A DNA stretch of 63,585 nucleotides, the filler included, from Choristocarpus tenellus KU-1152 (Eukaryota > Protista > Phaeophyceae): assembly GCA_964200185.2 (NCBI GenBank). It is 10 parts of 10 records of this genome, joined end to end, with 100 filler letters (N's around TTAATTAATTAA, not from the genome) between each part and the next. Parts side by side here need not be neighbours in the genome. Positions count along the whole stretch, not along the records: positions 24,669 to 31,621 come from CAXNAD020006985.1; positions 31,722 to 35,141 come from CAXNAD020020158.1; positions 35,242 to 39,860 come from CAXNAD020013770.1; 7 more parts are not named here. The stretch is one strand, 5' to 3'. This document shows positions 25,960 to 38,860 of the stretch, piece after piece (position 1 is the stretch's first letter; each line of letters opens with the position of its first letter). The position numbers and the translations under genes are program-made. The notes under the pieces were generated by a model, which did no database searches, was not told the DNA's origin, and was given only the letters and a program-made list of their open reading frames with translations.

Positions 25960-27010
25960 TGGCACGCTCTCTCTGATGCCTATGATTAAAGTCCCTATTT
26001 TGGCATGATCCTCCTTAGCGGCCTCCAGCTGCTCGAATTCTGTCCAGATGTGATCAAGACAAATTTCAAAATCTGCAGCGTCTTCCACTGACAAGCAGAA
26101 TGTGTCTCGCACTTCATTTCAAGGGCAATAAGCTGCATAGGCCGCTGAATTGTAGCGCGCCCACCATATATTTTTGTGCAAATTACCTTGGGAGGTAATG
26201 CTATTTGTTAGTAGTGAAGATAAGAAGGTGTAAGGCCTCACACGACCCCCTTTGCTGAACGCGATTACGTGGTTGAAAGAAGAGAAGAGTGACGTCTGTG
26301 TGGTGTCTTCTCATTGCTTGTTTATTATTTATTTGTGCTTCCTATCTAAGTCAACGGTTATTTCAAAGCAGTTGAATAAGGAATAAATACCAATACATAA
26401 TCCCATATATAATCCGGATGTACTATCTCATTATTTACATCACATGGACTCAATTCAGCACAATAATCTCATATACACAAAATAAGGTACACCTCACTAT
26501 TGTCCTATTTTGCACAATTTTCTCTAGTTCAAGCCAAGCAGCCCTCCCATCAGGGCTACCATTATTCTCGTGCGAGCTGACAATCATAGCTGCAGCACCT
26601 CTCGTGGCCTGTCCCAGCAGGAACCACAAGGCTTCTCGATGCCAAACGTATTCATCGTACGCACAGCGTTCTTCGAATGATGTGTCGACTGTGGGGAGTG
26701 CTGGAATGCAGTATGCAGGTTGGAGTATCCGGTACAGTCCTTTGCCGCCCGCGTAACTCACCAATGCCATCCGCCATTCAGCCCACTTCTCCCTTGTGTT
26801 CCCCCGCGCTCCACTCCATAGTGACAACTTACGAGGGTCCGCTTCCATACAGCTGAGGCTCATAACCTTTGCAAAGAGAGCTACTCAAATAGAGTATTTT
26901 GCTTTATGTGGTATGGATGGATATGTTTATTAGCGGAGTGAGCGCTGCCCTCGGTGGTGGGGGGTGCTCTCTCTTATTATCTTATTGTTTATTACATATA
27001 TCAGCTGACA
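25960..27010 (-). mobile_element. 5' relic of a Ty1/Copia element: LTR (~27010-26870), PBS (26867-26852), degenerate gag
   Basis: Minus strand reads ...TTTGCA AA GGTTATGAGCCTCAGC (half-tRNA-iMet-type PBS), followed by gag-like EALWFLLGQATRGAAAMIV...DGRAAWLELEKIYG...LDHIWTEFEQL...KIGTLIIGI. Confidence 0.75.
26175..26516. mobile_element. Solo LTR (copy 2), 342 bp, TSD ATTTT, nested in Copia gag
   Basis: TGTGCAAA...TTTGCACA; ATTTT at 26170-26174 and 26517-26521. Confidence 0.92.
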
Positions 27011-28985
27011 CATCAACTGACACATCAAAACGTGTCCTGCCGTTACATCGTACTGTGTCACTTATCCTCTGTAGCTAGTACAATGTCAGAACTCGTCCAT
27101 CAGTCTATTTATATCAAGTAATAAGAAACCGATCGTCTGAGATTCGGACCCATTACTCTAAGCACACGAACACAAGTCAATGACACTTGTTCCACTCAGT
27201 CAACACTCCTGTTGTCTAGTAGTGTTCACTAAACAGGAATAAACCATATAGACTATCATATCAGCCTATAGGACTCGCCGCTCTCTTCCTGCTTTCCCGA
27301 GGCAGCAGAGACTACAGAGCAGTGCTCCGACGTGGTTGAAGATCCAACCACGTTTGCGTGGCAATGCTTTCAATGCATCTTCTCTCAGCTTCAGTGTCGC
27401 AGCCCCGTGATCCATTTCGCGGTTGGATTATGCTGCTGCGCCACACTACTCGCACTTTTTCGTCACCTAACATCGCACTGAGGATCACTCGGTACTTTCT
27501 TTTCCGTTGTCTCTCGACAGAGAAGGTGCCGAGGGTAGATCCAGGGGGGCAGAATGGTCTCGGCGGATCTCCTTGTCTCACCTTTGTGGTTCATGTTGCT
27601 GTGTAAGTCACGTGTGTGTGTGCTCACAGAAAGTCTGCAAAAGGCCTTAAAAAGATGTCAGGAAATCTTGGGGTTTTTCAGTATCGCCACACGCGCCAAA
27701 CTTGAGCAGTGACGTACCCCGGACCTGGTTTCTGCAAGGAGTTCAGCCTGTTCGTAGATATTGCTGCTGATACACTATAGACACCACCTGTGGATTAGGT
27801 AATATGATGGAGAACCAGTGACAGATATATCACATGTGCTGACTCATAGTGTCCATTGATTTTTGTGTCATGTTCAAGATACACTTGCTATACTGCAGAC
27901 AAGTAAATAAGTGGTCCATAGTAAATTAGTTTAAATTATTACTGGACGATTGCAAAACCCAAATTATTGGAATAGTAATGATAGTCTAGGCATGTCCGAC
28001 TCCCACCAATTCAGTCAGCGGAATCGAGACCATAAGCCTCTTGTAATATTAACATTGCATATCTGCATCAAGCTATTCATTGTCCTTCATCAAAGCACGA
28101 AAGCCGCAGGTCCAGTGTGGAATATTTCAACGCAGCAAACCACTTCAGTTTTGTCCGTTTTGAAGTTGTGACCTTCAAAATGGCGCCTGTTCCCCCGCGT
28201 TTTTGCCATTATTTAATCGGGACATAACACCCGTTCCCCGAAGCCTGGATATTCGTGGATACAACCTTGGAAAGATCTTGTCATATCCTTCCCCATTTGA
28301 TATATATGCGTTGTTGTGTAACTGTTGTGTCGTTAAGGTGAAAAAAACAAGATTGCCACAGAGGGCGAAGCTACTGGTACCACCTTACTTAGAAGGAATC
28401 TGAGTTTGGACCATATTCAGATATTTACGGTCCCCCTGTACCACCTCACCACCAGATAGGAAACGACTACCTCTATGTCATACTTTCCCTTCGTAATGAC
28501 TTACTGTATCATTCGTACTTACCAGGCCATTCTCATAAGAGGAGAACATCTAGAGACTAGTTGATTTTTCCTTGCTCATTAGTCTGTCTTGCATTCCGTG
28601 GCTACCATGACCTTCCCAGGAGTCATTTTTCTTGGTTCGTGTAAGGTATCGGTGTACTATATCTCAATCAAAGTTCAAAATATTATATTGGTTTATATGT
28701 AAAACAAACACGATGAAACCATTGTCTTTTTTTAAAGTGTTTAATTCATATATATTCTCCAATATATTGTTTTTGAAGTTGCAAGTTGCAAATTTCTTCC
28801 TTGGAACTCACAACGAAAGGTATTGCGGTTAACAAAACTTTAGAATCTTTGTTAGATTTTTGGTCGTAGCCGGGATGTGGTGCGTAGGAGAACGTGCCCT
28901 AACCCTCCTAACCCTAAGTGCCATCATTGAAAGAGTTGACCTCTAGTGTAACAGCTGCAAGATGGGTGTAGTAGTCTCGATACAA

Positions 28986-29226
28986 GACCCAAAGCATTTA
29001 AGAGGACCGGAGTTTTGCCCTGTTTGTCCGCACAGGTTTTTAATGCCCCTTTTCGATTTTCTGTGTGGACACAGTTACCTAAAATATATACGACTATGAA
29101 AGGTATGCCCAGAGCAAGGATATTGATACTTGCTAACAAACACGATAGCCAAGATGAATCAAAATCGCAACATCGGATTTATGACCCCGAACGGACGCTG
29201 GCCTACCCTTTTAAATGCTTTGACTC
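28986..29226. mobile_element. MITE family B, diverged/deleted copy
   Basis: GACCCAAAGCATTTAAGAGG...TTTTGCCCTGTTTGTCC...ATCAAAATCGCAACAT...TACCCTTTTAAATGCTTTGACTC; flanks CAA/GAA. Confidence 0.65.
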
Positions 29227-29501
29227 GAAGATAAAAAATGAGAAACAACACAATCACCTGCAGTCTTGAATGGAAGCTATATCAACTGGATATGCAGTAT
29301 GAATGGTAAGTACACTATGCTAAGGTCTCTTCCATACCATTGTCAAATCTCTGGACTACCGTGCACTCAAATGTCACTACTCACAACACAGAAACACGGT
29401 TGCTTAATCGAGTATTATTGATGCCCTTCAGACAGATATGCCTCGCTCACCCTCCTCATAGCCTCTCTTACTACTACTGTCTTGCACTGCAATCTGATAC
29501 T

Positions 29502-29766
29502 GAGCCAAAGTAAACGAAAGGTACTTAGTTATTGATCATTCTGCTTTTCGAGACAGTTTTTCAATCTTTTGTAATTCACCCATATCTGTATTTCTATGAA
29601 TGAAGTGCTAAGTTTGACTTGAGAGGGTTGATTTCTTTATTGTTTAAAACTCTTTGATAGAATTCAGAGAATATCCTACATCCATTGGTAAAATAAGTCC
29701 AATTTTGCATATATTTGTCAGCATCCTTCAAATTAAACTCTGGGTACCTCTCGTCTACTTCAACTC
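29502..29766. mobile_element. MITE family C, TSD ACT
   Basis: GAGCCAAAGTAAACGAAAGGTAC ... GGGTACCTCTCGTCTACTTCAACTC with ACT on both flanks. Confidence 0.85.
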
Positions 29767-30564
29767 ACTGCTGCTTACACATCAATCTTCCATTGCATCA
29801 CTCTTCCGCCAGTGTATGTAGCACACTCAAGGAATTCCTCCGTCTCCGCCCCCATCCCGAAATTCTTGACTTCATGATGGTGAAGCAAGCAACATTCGCA
29901 TCTATGTTTCCAAATATTCTACGGAGAGTCGGTTGGGGCTCTTGGGTTTAATGTGGCTCATGCCCTCTCATTCTACAGAAGAGTGAGTCATCTCTACAAA
30001 TATAACATGTGGAGGTAGTTTGCCGCACACTCCCTCTCTATCGTATGCCAAAATCCAACTAAGGTTATGAAAGCATCTTCAGTTCCATCTACTCTGCTGA
30101 AGTGATCCTCCTCTTTTGGCCATGGCCCTTTTTCGCCTTCTTTGTGTATCGTTAATGTTGGAGTTTGGTCGCCTCAGAAAGCTTTTGAAGCTTTGGACGA
30201 TGTCAGACCTCGTACACAAGGTGCTTTGCACTGTCTTGCTCTTATGTCAAGGCATTCCCATCCACGACAGGGAGAGAAGTGCTCCTTTCGGAATCATGTT
30301 ATTAAGAAAGCTTCTTGATCTTGTCATTACCATTTCCTCAAACCTCTTACTATAATTTCTTCTGGGAGACTCTAAAACACTAAACGCTTCCAGAATGGCA
30401 ACTTAACAGAAATGGCTTGTCAACTCTCTCGGCACATTCTTGGTCGCATTACTCATAGCTGCATCACAACTTTGACCTCTTCAAAGGATGCTGCAACCTA
30501 TGTCCACTTGTAGATTAAGGCAGCACCTTGAGGTTGCTTGTTCGAGTCTCCATGAATCTCTTAC

Positions 30565-31378
30565 CCTTGCCATCCTCTCCCAAAATGTTGAGAAGTTTGT
30601 TGAAACCATGCGCCTGCTAGATGTTGATATAGGGTGGATATGGTATGCAAAGATCAGGTACAGTGTGGAGTGTGGCATTGTGCTTGTGCGGATGGCAATA
30701 AGGAATAACGGGTAATTGAACTAGCATGCGTAGTGCAACACCACGAAAATCTTAAGAACCCCTCATGATTTAAATGAAAAGTTGCTCAGAAACCTCTAAA
30801 ATTAATTTTGCACTACAATGGGTATCACTATTTAAAAGAAGATTAGAGAATGGAGAACTCCCAAATGTATTGAATTTCTTGTTGAACTTTTTTTTTTTGT
30901 GGACGAAACTAGGCACTTGATAAATGTTTAATAAGTGGTGGGCTGTGTGGACATGTAGTGTGTAGCCTGTGAAAAATATCCCTTGTGAAAATAGTAGGTA
31001 CTCACTCGAGGCATATTCGTACCAACATACTTCGCTCTAAATTCGTCCTCCACCTGAGAAAGCATATTCCGAATATTGGAGTATATGTTAGGACTCGGTA
31101 CTAGAGAAACTGTTCCGGTCTCTCAAGTATCCACGGGAGATCATCTGTACCAAAGACAAGAACAAGACTCTGGAACTTGATAAGTTTCAGGTAGACTTTC
31201 GCGGGCTTGACTTTGACCTTGACCACCTTCTCAGTCCCTCTTCCTCACCCCCCTTCTCCTTGCCAGTCCCTCTTTGCCTGTGTGCACTCTTCTCGACCTT
31301 GCGACCATCCACTTACTTACATAAGTAGGAAGGGCAGAAAATCTTCCAATCAATAAACTGGTAGCTCGCATGTACACT
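30565..31378 (-). CDS. Internal exons of an uncharacterised gene (31378-31321, 31053-31006, 30613-30565)
   Basis: Three short exons with CAG acceptors and GTAAGT/GTGAGT/GTAAGA donors join in phase: VYMRATSLLIGRFSALPTY-VEDEFRAKYVGTNMPR-AHGFNKLLNILGEDGK. Family not recognised. Confidence 0.5.
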
Positions 31379-31496
31379 CTGACATTGTAATGCAATGTGT
31401 TACGGTACTGTTGAGTAAAAAAAGTAGGTACAATATAGGAACGCATTGTTGGATATAGGATATTGAGGGCATTACCAGTAAAAGAACGGAGATTTT

Positions 31497-31621
31497 GAGT
31501 CAATGTATCTTAGAGGGTAGAGTCGCGTCCATTTGGGGGCAAAAACCCAATGTTGCGATTTTGATGTAATTTTGGGTATCATGCTTGTTAGGAAGTGTAA
31601 ATATGCTTGTTCCGGGCACAC
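31497..31621. mobile_element. MITE family B, truncated by contig end
   Basis: GAGTCAATGTATCTTAGAGGGTAG...GTCCATTTGGGG. Confidence 0.85.
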
Positions 31622-31721
31622 NNNNNNNNNNNNNNNNNNNNNNNNNNNNNNNNNNNNNNNNNNNNTTAATTAATTAANNNNNNNNNNNNNNNNNNNNNNN
31701 NNNNNNNNNNNNNNNNNNNNN

Positions 31722-31778
31722 TTGGTCCAAATGGACACCCTGGTGTAGATCCCCCCCCCCCCCAGATACTTTGAGTCT
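31722..31778. mobile_element. MITE family A fragment at contig start
   Basis: GGTCCAAATGGACACCCTGGTGTAGA-polyC-AGATACTTTGAGTC. Confidence 0.8.
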
Positions 31779-32484
31779 CTTTGGGGTTCTCTTGAGTGTT
31801 TGATCGGTGTCTGGAAAGGTCATTTATCCTTTTTGGTTGAGGGTATTCAACCCAATTACTTTGGCAACAGGTAGCCCTTCCTGTACACTGCCTGCTTTGT
31901 TTCATGCGTGAACCAACCTGCCATTGTTAAGTGTGTCTGACTCCCACTATTGTACCCCTTTGTCAAAGTCCATAGTATTCCCTACTTCCATGTTTTACTC
32001 CGGTAATGGTTTGATCACCGCTAGCTGCGTTGACTGTGGTTATACCCCTTTGAAAATCTTGTACAACAAAACCATGAAGAATGAATCCAAGTCGTGTGAA
32101 GGACCTACCAAAATCCCATGCGATGAGCTGAGTATTCTCCCCAGTATGGTGAGACAAGGCAGGACCTCCACATTTAGAACTCTCCCTGCAGCTTTCCTCG
32201 GCAAGATATGTAGCTCCAATCCAAAAGCCTGTAGGTTGATGATGAGGCTGCTCAAGGATGGCGCCTGTGATTTGTCAAAACCCTGTCAACCAGCAAGATG
32301 GGTGGTCAACATGGTGTTATGATGATGGGCAAATATAAGAGTTCTTTCATCCTTTATGTTTGACTAGGTCAAGCGACACTTGAGGTGGGGAATTATCCTC
32401 AATGTTTTCTGAATAGTCATGAGTATCATGGTCCGGAGTATATTGTGTACAATGGGTCATAGTCTGTCATACTTGTCAGCTGAG

Positions 32485-32744
32485 GAGTGAATTATCTTAG
32501 GGGTTACGGGTTTTGCCCTGTTTGTCCATTATTTGGGGTTTGGCTTCCCACGGGTTTTTCGATGACATTTTCCTCGTCCAAAATGTTTCGGAGCAGATAA
32601 ATTGTATACCTTATGAAAAGATGTGTCCGGAACAAGCATATTTACACTTCCTAACAAAAACGATGCCAAAATTACATCAAAATCGCAACATTGGATTTTT
32701 GCCCCCAAATGGACACGGCTCTACCCTCTAAGATACTTTGACTT
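32485..32744. mobile_element. MITE family B (reverse), TSD GAG
   Basis: GAGTGAATTATCTTAGGGG ... TACCCTCTAAGATACTTTGACTT with GAG on both flanks. Confidence 0.88.
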
Positions 32745-32859
32745 GAGTGCTCCACTTTACTCTTAACATAAATATTATGCTGTACTTTTAGGATGACTCT
32801 GAACCTTCCCCTTTTGAGATGTCCGTGCACATACTTGCTGCTCCTACCAATTAATTGGA

Positions 32860-33615
32860 GGTCACAATACATACGCTAATCATCTCTCATATGAGCACTC
32901 AGAACTTAGGCTTAAGAGAGACACCTCAGGTCCCTGTTATGAAAAGAACTTGGTTGTATTTGCGAAAAACAAATTTGAAGCTTCTGAATCCTTCGGCTAA
33001 TGTCAGGAGTAATATCATGGCATCGCCACAATATGGTTCCCCAAACACAAACAAGTCTATCAGTCTGCTTATAGGTTTGGTCTGGGGAACGTGGTTAGGA
33101 CACCAAACACACATCATGGTGTGTCCATCTTTAATGCCAATACAGTCAGACCGAATGACCTGACCATCTTCGCAAGTATTGTCATTGTCATAGCCAAATT
33201 TCCTCGGGTCTCAGAGACAATGCCTACATCATCAGCATGTAGCATACCCCGCAAAGAGTTATTCGAGTGTTACCTCACACTCCGTGGTGCTCCGATCTCT
33301 TGATGACAACAAGGTCCTTGGAGATGGACAGGTCAAAGGTGAACTACAATGACAACTGCAGTTAAGATGTTGAAGAGGATAAATACCAGAAACACACCCC
33401 TGTCAAAGGCCCTGTCCAACGTCGAACCAGTCTGTGCGCTCACCATCATCCATCCATGTGGACACAAGTCCTCATACCATCATGCACTTGGTGGACGATA
33501 GAAGTAATCATCAGAGGTATATGCCAAATTTGACCAGCACAACCCACAGGAGATCACGTTCGACAGTAGTCTTACATACTTTCGGCATAAACACATATAT
33601 GAATAGGGCTACATT
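32860..33615 (-). pseudogene. Degenerate RTE-like non-LTR retrotransposon reverse transcriptase
   Basis: Colinear RT motifs across frameshifts: VERDLLWVVLVKFG, HDGMRTCVHMDDGERTDWFDVGQGL*QGCV, GMLHADDVGIVS...FGLTV, KQTDRLVCVWG...DISRRI, FRKY. Confidence 0.85.
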
Positions 33616-34547
33616 TTTTTTTTCTGCCCAAGCACTTGGAGGGTACGCGCAGTACAGTGAACGTCATATCCACTTTTTAGGGTAGGGGTTGGTAACATAC
33701 CATTCCTCATGAATTATGTTCTCCATATAACACATAAAAATAATATATTGATTGTCCCCTTCACTCCATAATACATACATTATTATCCTCTTGAACATTT
33801 TGTAGATGTGTCACAGGAAAAACCAATGAAAAGTCAATTAAATATCAGAACCCCTCAAGGAGTAACACTTGTCCATAATATAATCTAACCACACCTCATC
33901 CTGATTTTCCCCAACACCCATCCCATACACCTACCAAAATACGTAAGGACAGTGCGTACATATTATTAGGGTGTTTCTGGGGAATGAAATTTATTTTGGT
34001 GCCTTTTCCGATGGCGATAATAAAAACCACTACCAAAATCGATGTACGCACAATAAAATTCATCTGTGGTCTAGAAAAAATGGAAAAAACAAGAAACGCC
34101 AAACGAAGGTGATGAACAAATTCAAACCATCTTCAGCACGGTTAGTGGGTGCGCCAGTGACGAAAGACCAGTCTGCTGTACCCCATGCTAGCTTCCATTT
34201 ATTTCGACCCTTCCCTGGACATTCCTCAGTGGGTTGAGCGGTGGAGGTAGGTCTTTGCCTGAATGGTGTCGACTTGTATCGCTCGCCCTGTTGTCTGTGG
34301 CTAAACCAAGTGGGGATCGAAGCACAGGCTGGGGAACAGATGTGACTGGTCGAACAGGTTTTGATGCATTGCTTTTTGGAATGAACAAGGTCCGTATTTC
34401 GCAGGAACCGAAGCAGGTTGTTTGTTTAAGGCAGCACAGACAGCGGGCGAGGAGTTGTGGGTTAAAACAGGTTGAATGAAGCATCCACGCGAGGGTTGCC
34501 AGTACAATGTTGACAGCCTCTTGGTGTGGCAGTAAAGTTTGACTTGA

Positions 34548-34734
34548 TACCTCATCGTGCATGGACATCCTGTTCTGGCGAGGTAGTCCTAGTTCCTGCC
34601 TAATGATCGGGGTTTCGACTGAAGCAGCGAAAGGGTGTGACATGCTAGCAAAAATAGCACGCGCATCTCCCATGTTACCCAAATCAGTGTGAGTCTTGTC
34701 GTTATACAGTGCAGCTTTGTAGCATTTTGGTTGG
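34548..34734 (-). CDS. Putative exon of an uncharacterised gene
   Basis: Open frame KCYKAALYNDKTHTDLGNMGDARAIFASMSHPF...MHDE bounded by CAG and GTATCA; no family recognised. Confidence 0.3.
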
Positions 34735-35261
34735 CTGGGACAAATGGGTATTGGTCGCTTCGATTGGATAATTCCTCCATGAGATCATCAAACCTTGAGT
34801 GTCGCCCCGAGGGTCTTACCGAGGTCATAATGCTTTTCACTATGTTTTTTATTATTATGCCCTCTGACATTTTGCAGATGTGTCAGGGGGGAAACCAATA
34901 AAAACTATACATATGTCGTTATTAGCCCTAAAGAAATAAAATATCCTAAACATAAGAACACTCTAAGGCATTGTAAGTGTGGAAACCACTAATCAGTTAC
35001 TTCACCACCATCAAATATTGTACTACTGTCTTCCTTATCTTCCCATCTACTCCTATGCCCCGGGGGGGGAGCTAAGGAAGCATCCCAAGAATCCAACAGG
35101 CCCCTCCGTGACCCATCTCCCTGGTGACTCCAGCTTAAAACNNNNNNNNNNNNNNNNNNNNNNNNNNNNNNNNNNNNNNNNNNNNTTAATTAATTAANNN
35201 NNNNNNNNNNNNNNNNNNNNNNNNNNNNNNNNNNNNNNNNNGTCATTTTTTTTTTTTTTTT

Positions 35262-35380
35262 TTTTTGGGGTGATTTGGTTGCATACGTCAGATGGATAAT
35301 GTAAATGCACTTTTCCTGATTTTGACCCAAATGGACACCCTGGTGTAGACCCCTCAACCATCCCAATACTTTGGGTTAGT
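35262..35380. mobile_element. MITE family A fragment (reverse) at contig start
   Basis: GATTTGGTTGCATACGTC...CCAAATGGACACCCTGGTGTAGA...ATACTTTGGG. Confidence 0.8.
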
Positions 35381-35568
35381 ATTCCCGAGCTCATGCCCTC
35401 AACCAATTTTAGAAGTTGTACATGTTTTAGGTTAGAATATCGCCCTGCAATATCTCCTTTGTTTCACATTGATGCGGCAATTAAAAAAATTCGTTCATTT
35501 TCGAAAAGAAACCGTTTTCTTCTTGTTTCGAACAATTCCACAAATCAACTACGCCTTGGGCCCACAAG

Positions 35569-38038
35569 GTGACATCATTTGGACCAGAGCATGTCACTGA
35601 AGGACCGAACGACGGGGTCTACATCCATGGACTCTTCATGGAGGGCGCCTGCTTTGACAGGGACAAGATGTTCATGGCTGAGTCGGTGTGTTTGATATCT
35701 TACATTTCTTCCTACTCTAGTCTATATTATTTGTGCTCTTAAGCACCGTATATACTATTACACTAGATGTTCCGAATTTTTTAACTACATGGTTACATGG
35801 GGACAGAGATTGGAAAATTGCTGCTCAGGCAAATTGAGAACCATGGCCAAGCTTGAGAACAGACTAGAGTCACAGTAAACGAGAGGTACCCAGGCTTTGG
35901 TCATTTTGCCTTTTGAGCCACTTTTCTGATCTATTGAAATTCACCCTTACTGCTATGGATGGAGTACTAAGATATTGACTTGAGAGCTTTGAATTCTATT
36001 TAGTTTGAAATTTTCTTCAGAGTTTAGAATATACCCCACACATATGTGTAAAAAAACCGAAAATTGGACATTACCGTCACCTTTTTCCTTATAATGCAAC
36101 ACTGGGGACCTCTACTTTACTTTGACTCTTAACAAAATATTGGAGAAATATCGAAGTATGACAAGGTATTATCACACCTTTGATTGGAGAGCCAAAGTAT
36201 CTCAGAGGGTGAAGTGGAAGCGCGTCCATTTGGGGGCCAATATCCAACGTTGCGATTTTAATGTAATTTCTGCTATCGTATTTGTTAGGAAGTGTCAATA
36301 TCCACGTTCTGGACACACCATTTCATAACATATAAATTTTATCTACTCCAAAACATTTCGGAGTAGGAAAAATGTCATAAAAACACGTGGGAAGCCAAGC
36401 CCCAAATGGACAAGCAAGGCAAAACCCGTACCCTCTAAGATACTTTCACTCGGAATCAATAAAATTATTCAACGAGGAACATGATTGCTAACAAGTGGGG
36501 TCACATGACAGTCATTATCAGGATTTATCAATGTACCAGAATACCATAGTAAATCCAGGTACAAGACTCTATCCACAGCGAGTAACTCTTCACCTGTGTC
36601 ATTTGATGGGATTTTCTCTGTGTTAGTCAAGTGGTATTATTACTCACAATGAAAGCATTGCAAAAAAATAGATAGATACACCTGAATGATTGGGAAGAAC
36701 AATCCCTTGATGATCCCTCTCTTTTCCAATAGATCCCTGGGTGTCTCTTCAACGAGATGCCATGCTTATGGCTCAAGCCATCAATAAGGGAAGAGGACGA
36801 GCAGGGAATGGTAGGCGTGTACAATTGTCCGCTCTACAAGACATCGCTGAGGGTGAGGTTGATGGGTTGTGTGATAAGCATTGTATTTCCTCAGTCAGTT
36901 TCTAGGCAACTTTTTTCTACACAAGTGATAGCTCTGCCTTGAAGATTGATGCAGGTTGTAATGTAGACCTACTGCACATCAAGGGGACCAGAAGATATGA
37001 CCAAAGACTTCGATTTTCACCCTGCCGAATCATGGGGAAGAGGAGAAGTGTAAGTCCGCACAGGGCTCGACAGCAACAGGTTGTATTGTGGATAGGAGAT
37101 TTGAACAATTTGGTCGAAAGATCAGGTCTCCCACAACTTATTCTATGCTTCTACTAGTATATGCGTTCTATCATGAAACGAGGACAAAATGGATTTCAAT
37201 TGAGGAGAAGTATGTCCTCACATGGTCGTATTGGACAATATATTTTCCGTAGTGAATAGCTATAGCTCAAGCGGTACTGCATCTGAACTTGAATCACTTC
37301 AAAAATTTCAATCGACCTTCAATAATACTCCACCGTCGTACTCAAAGAAATAATATTAGTATGTATATATATAGATCCTTGTTGCAAAAAGTAACCAATG
37401 TACTGTTGTTGCATTGTTCTGTCCCCTTGTGTATTTTCTTTTTTCTCTCCCATTATAACATCCGATAAATTTCAATGGGCATTTCCTAAATTTACTACTT
37501 TCAGCGTATAGTTCTACATGCCAATCAAACAGAAAAAATACTAAGAATTTATGATAACAATAGAGCGGTTATTTCTGTGTTTTATGCACAAATGTGTAGA
37601 AGTTAAAGGGTACAATCCCCATCAACAGAGTCATTTGGACATTTGTCTTTGGCCAAGTCAACGAGCAGTCAGGGAGTGTTTTAGCACATCTTTCCTACGG
37701 ATGCAGAACCAGAGATGAAAAACTGCGAAATGTGACAAAATTTTCGAAGTAGACTAAGCGAAGCCAAGCTCTTGATTTCATGACAATCATCTCAATATAG
37801 AAAAGAGAGCTTTGCTATTTCTTTTAAACTCTTCTTAATTGCTCTACCTCAAATTCCAACCCTCATGTTCCCACAGCAACTTTGCGTTTCTTCTCTTGCT
37901 CGTCTTGTCTAGGCTGGTACGCTCTCAACAACAGGACACTCCACAAACTTTGTAGCTCCCCTGCCCATCCCCAGCCAACTCCCTCAAGACCACTGGATAC
38001 GTCGGGGTTGTGCTATGCTTTGCATGCTCAATGACTGA
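35569..38038 (+). CDS. Axonemal dynein heavy chain (inner-arm type), last three exons 35569-35685, 36733-36852, 37913-38038
   Basis: [12 protein letters not shown]...EMPCLWLKP...[25 protein letters not shown]...[15 protein letters not shown] is the diagnostic dynein heavy chain C-terminus; all introns are phase 0. Confidence 0.96.
35867..36128. mobile_element. MITE family C in dynein intron
   Basis: GAGTCACAGTAAACGAGAGGTACCCAG ... CTGGGGACCTCTACTTTACTTTGACTC; flanks CTA/TTA. Confidence 0.82.
36189..36451. mobile_element. MITE family B in dynein intron, TSD GGA
   Basis: GAGCCAAAGTATCTCAGAGGGT ... TACCCTCTAAGATACTTTCACTC with GGA on both flanks. Confidence 0.9.
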
Positions 38039-38548
38039 CAGGAACGATTGTAGAACAATTGACCTTGGAACAGTCTTTCAGAGTGTTGCAGCTTAAGATA
38101 TCAAAAAATGTTAGTGTCACTTTGTCCACTTCTTCGTAGTTGATAGTCCTTTCAGAAATGGACAGATGTCCATCGATTAATGCACATCTTCCATTTTTAA
38201 TTTTACAGTGATAAAAGATTAGATCACAATATTCTGTATCCACAACCAGCAGCCTGCTTCTTTCCCACTCTGGAACACTATAAGGCATTTGTTCTGCTGA
38301 TATGCTTCACATATACTGTATGTGTATATCCCGATCTCTATGCTCGGGTCCTCAAAATGACCAAGTTACAAAGTATTGTGAAATGTACTAGAATTTGAGC
38401 TGCCTCAAGACACTGACCCCTAAGTCCAGTCACAATTAATCCTGATCTCAACTATTGAGCATCGCAAAATACCTCGAGCAACATGTAACATCACCATAAC
38501 TGATACTACTACCACAACTACCATGTTTCATTATCCATGTGCATTTTT

Positions 38549-38860
38549 ATGTCTATTTCATTCTTAGCTACAACCTCTCTTTGAATCTCTAACCTCCAAA
38601 CAACAATGTGAGTCAAAGCTACTAAAACCTGCTGGTAAGAAACATGTCTAGTATATGGTTGTGCTTTCGAATGTTGATACTCCAGTATTCAGATATGCCT
38701 AAGAATGTCTATTTCATTCTTAGCTACAACCTCTCTTTAAATCTCTAACCTCCAAACAACAATGTGAGTCAAAGCTACTAAAACCTGCTGGTAAGAAACA
38801 TGTCTAGTATATGGTTGTGCTTTCGAATGTTGATACTCCAGTATTCAGATATGCCTAAGA
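38549..38860. repeat. Near-perfect tandem duplication, 2 x 156 bp
   Basis: Units start at 38549 and 38705; I see one mismatch (TTGAATC vs TTAAATC). Confidence 0.95.

Noticed and set aside
17896-38038. Flagellar gene cluster (IFT57 plus dynein heavy chain)
   Set aside because: The genes lie on different contigs joined artificially.
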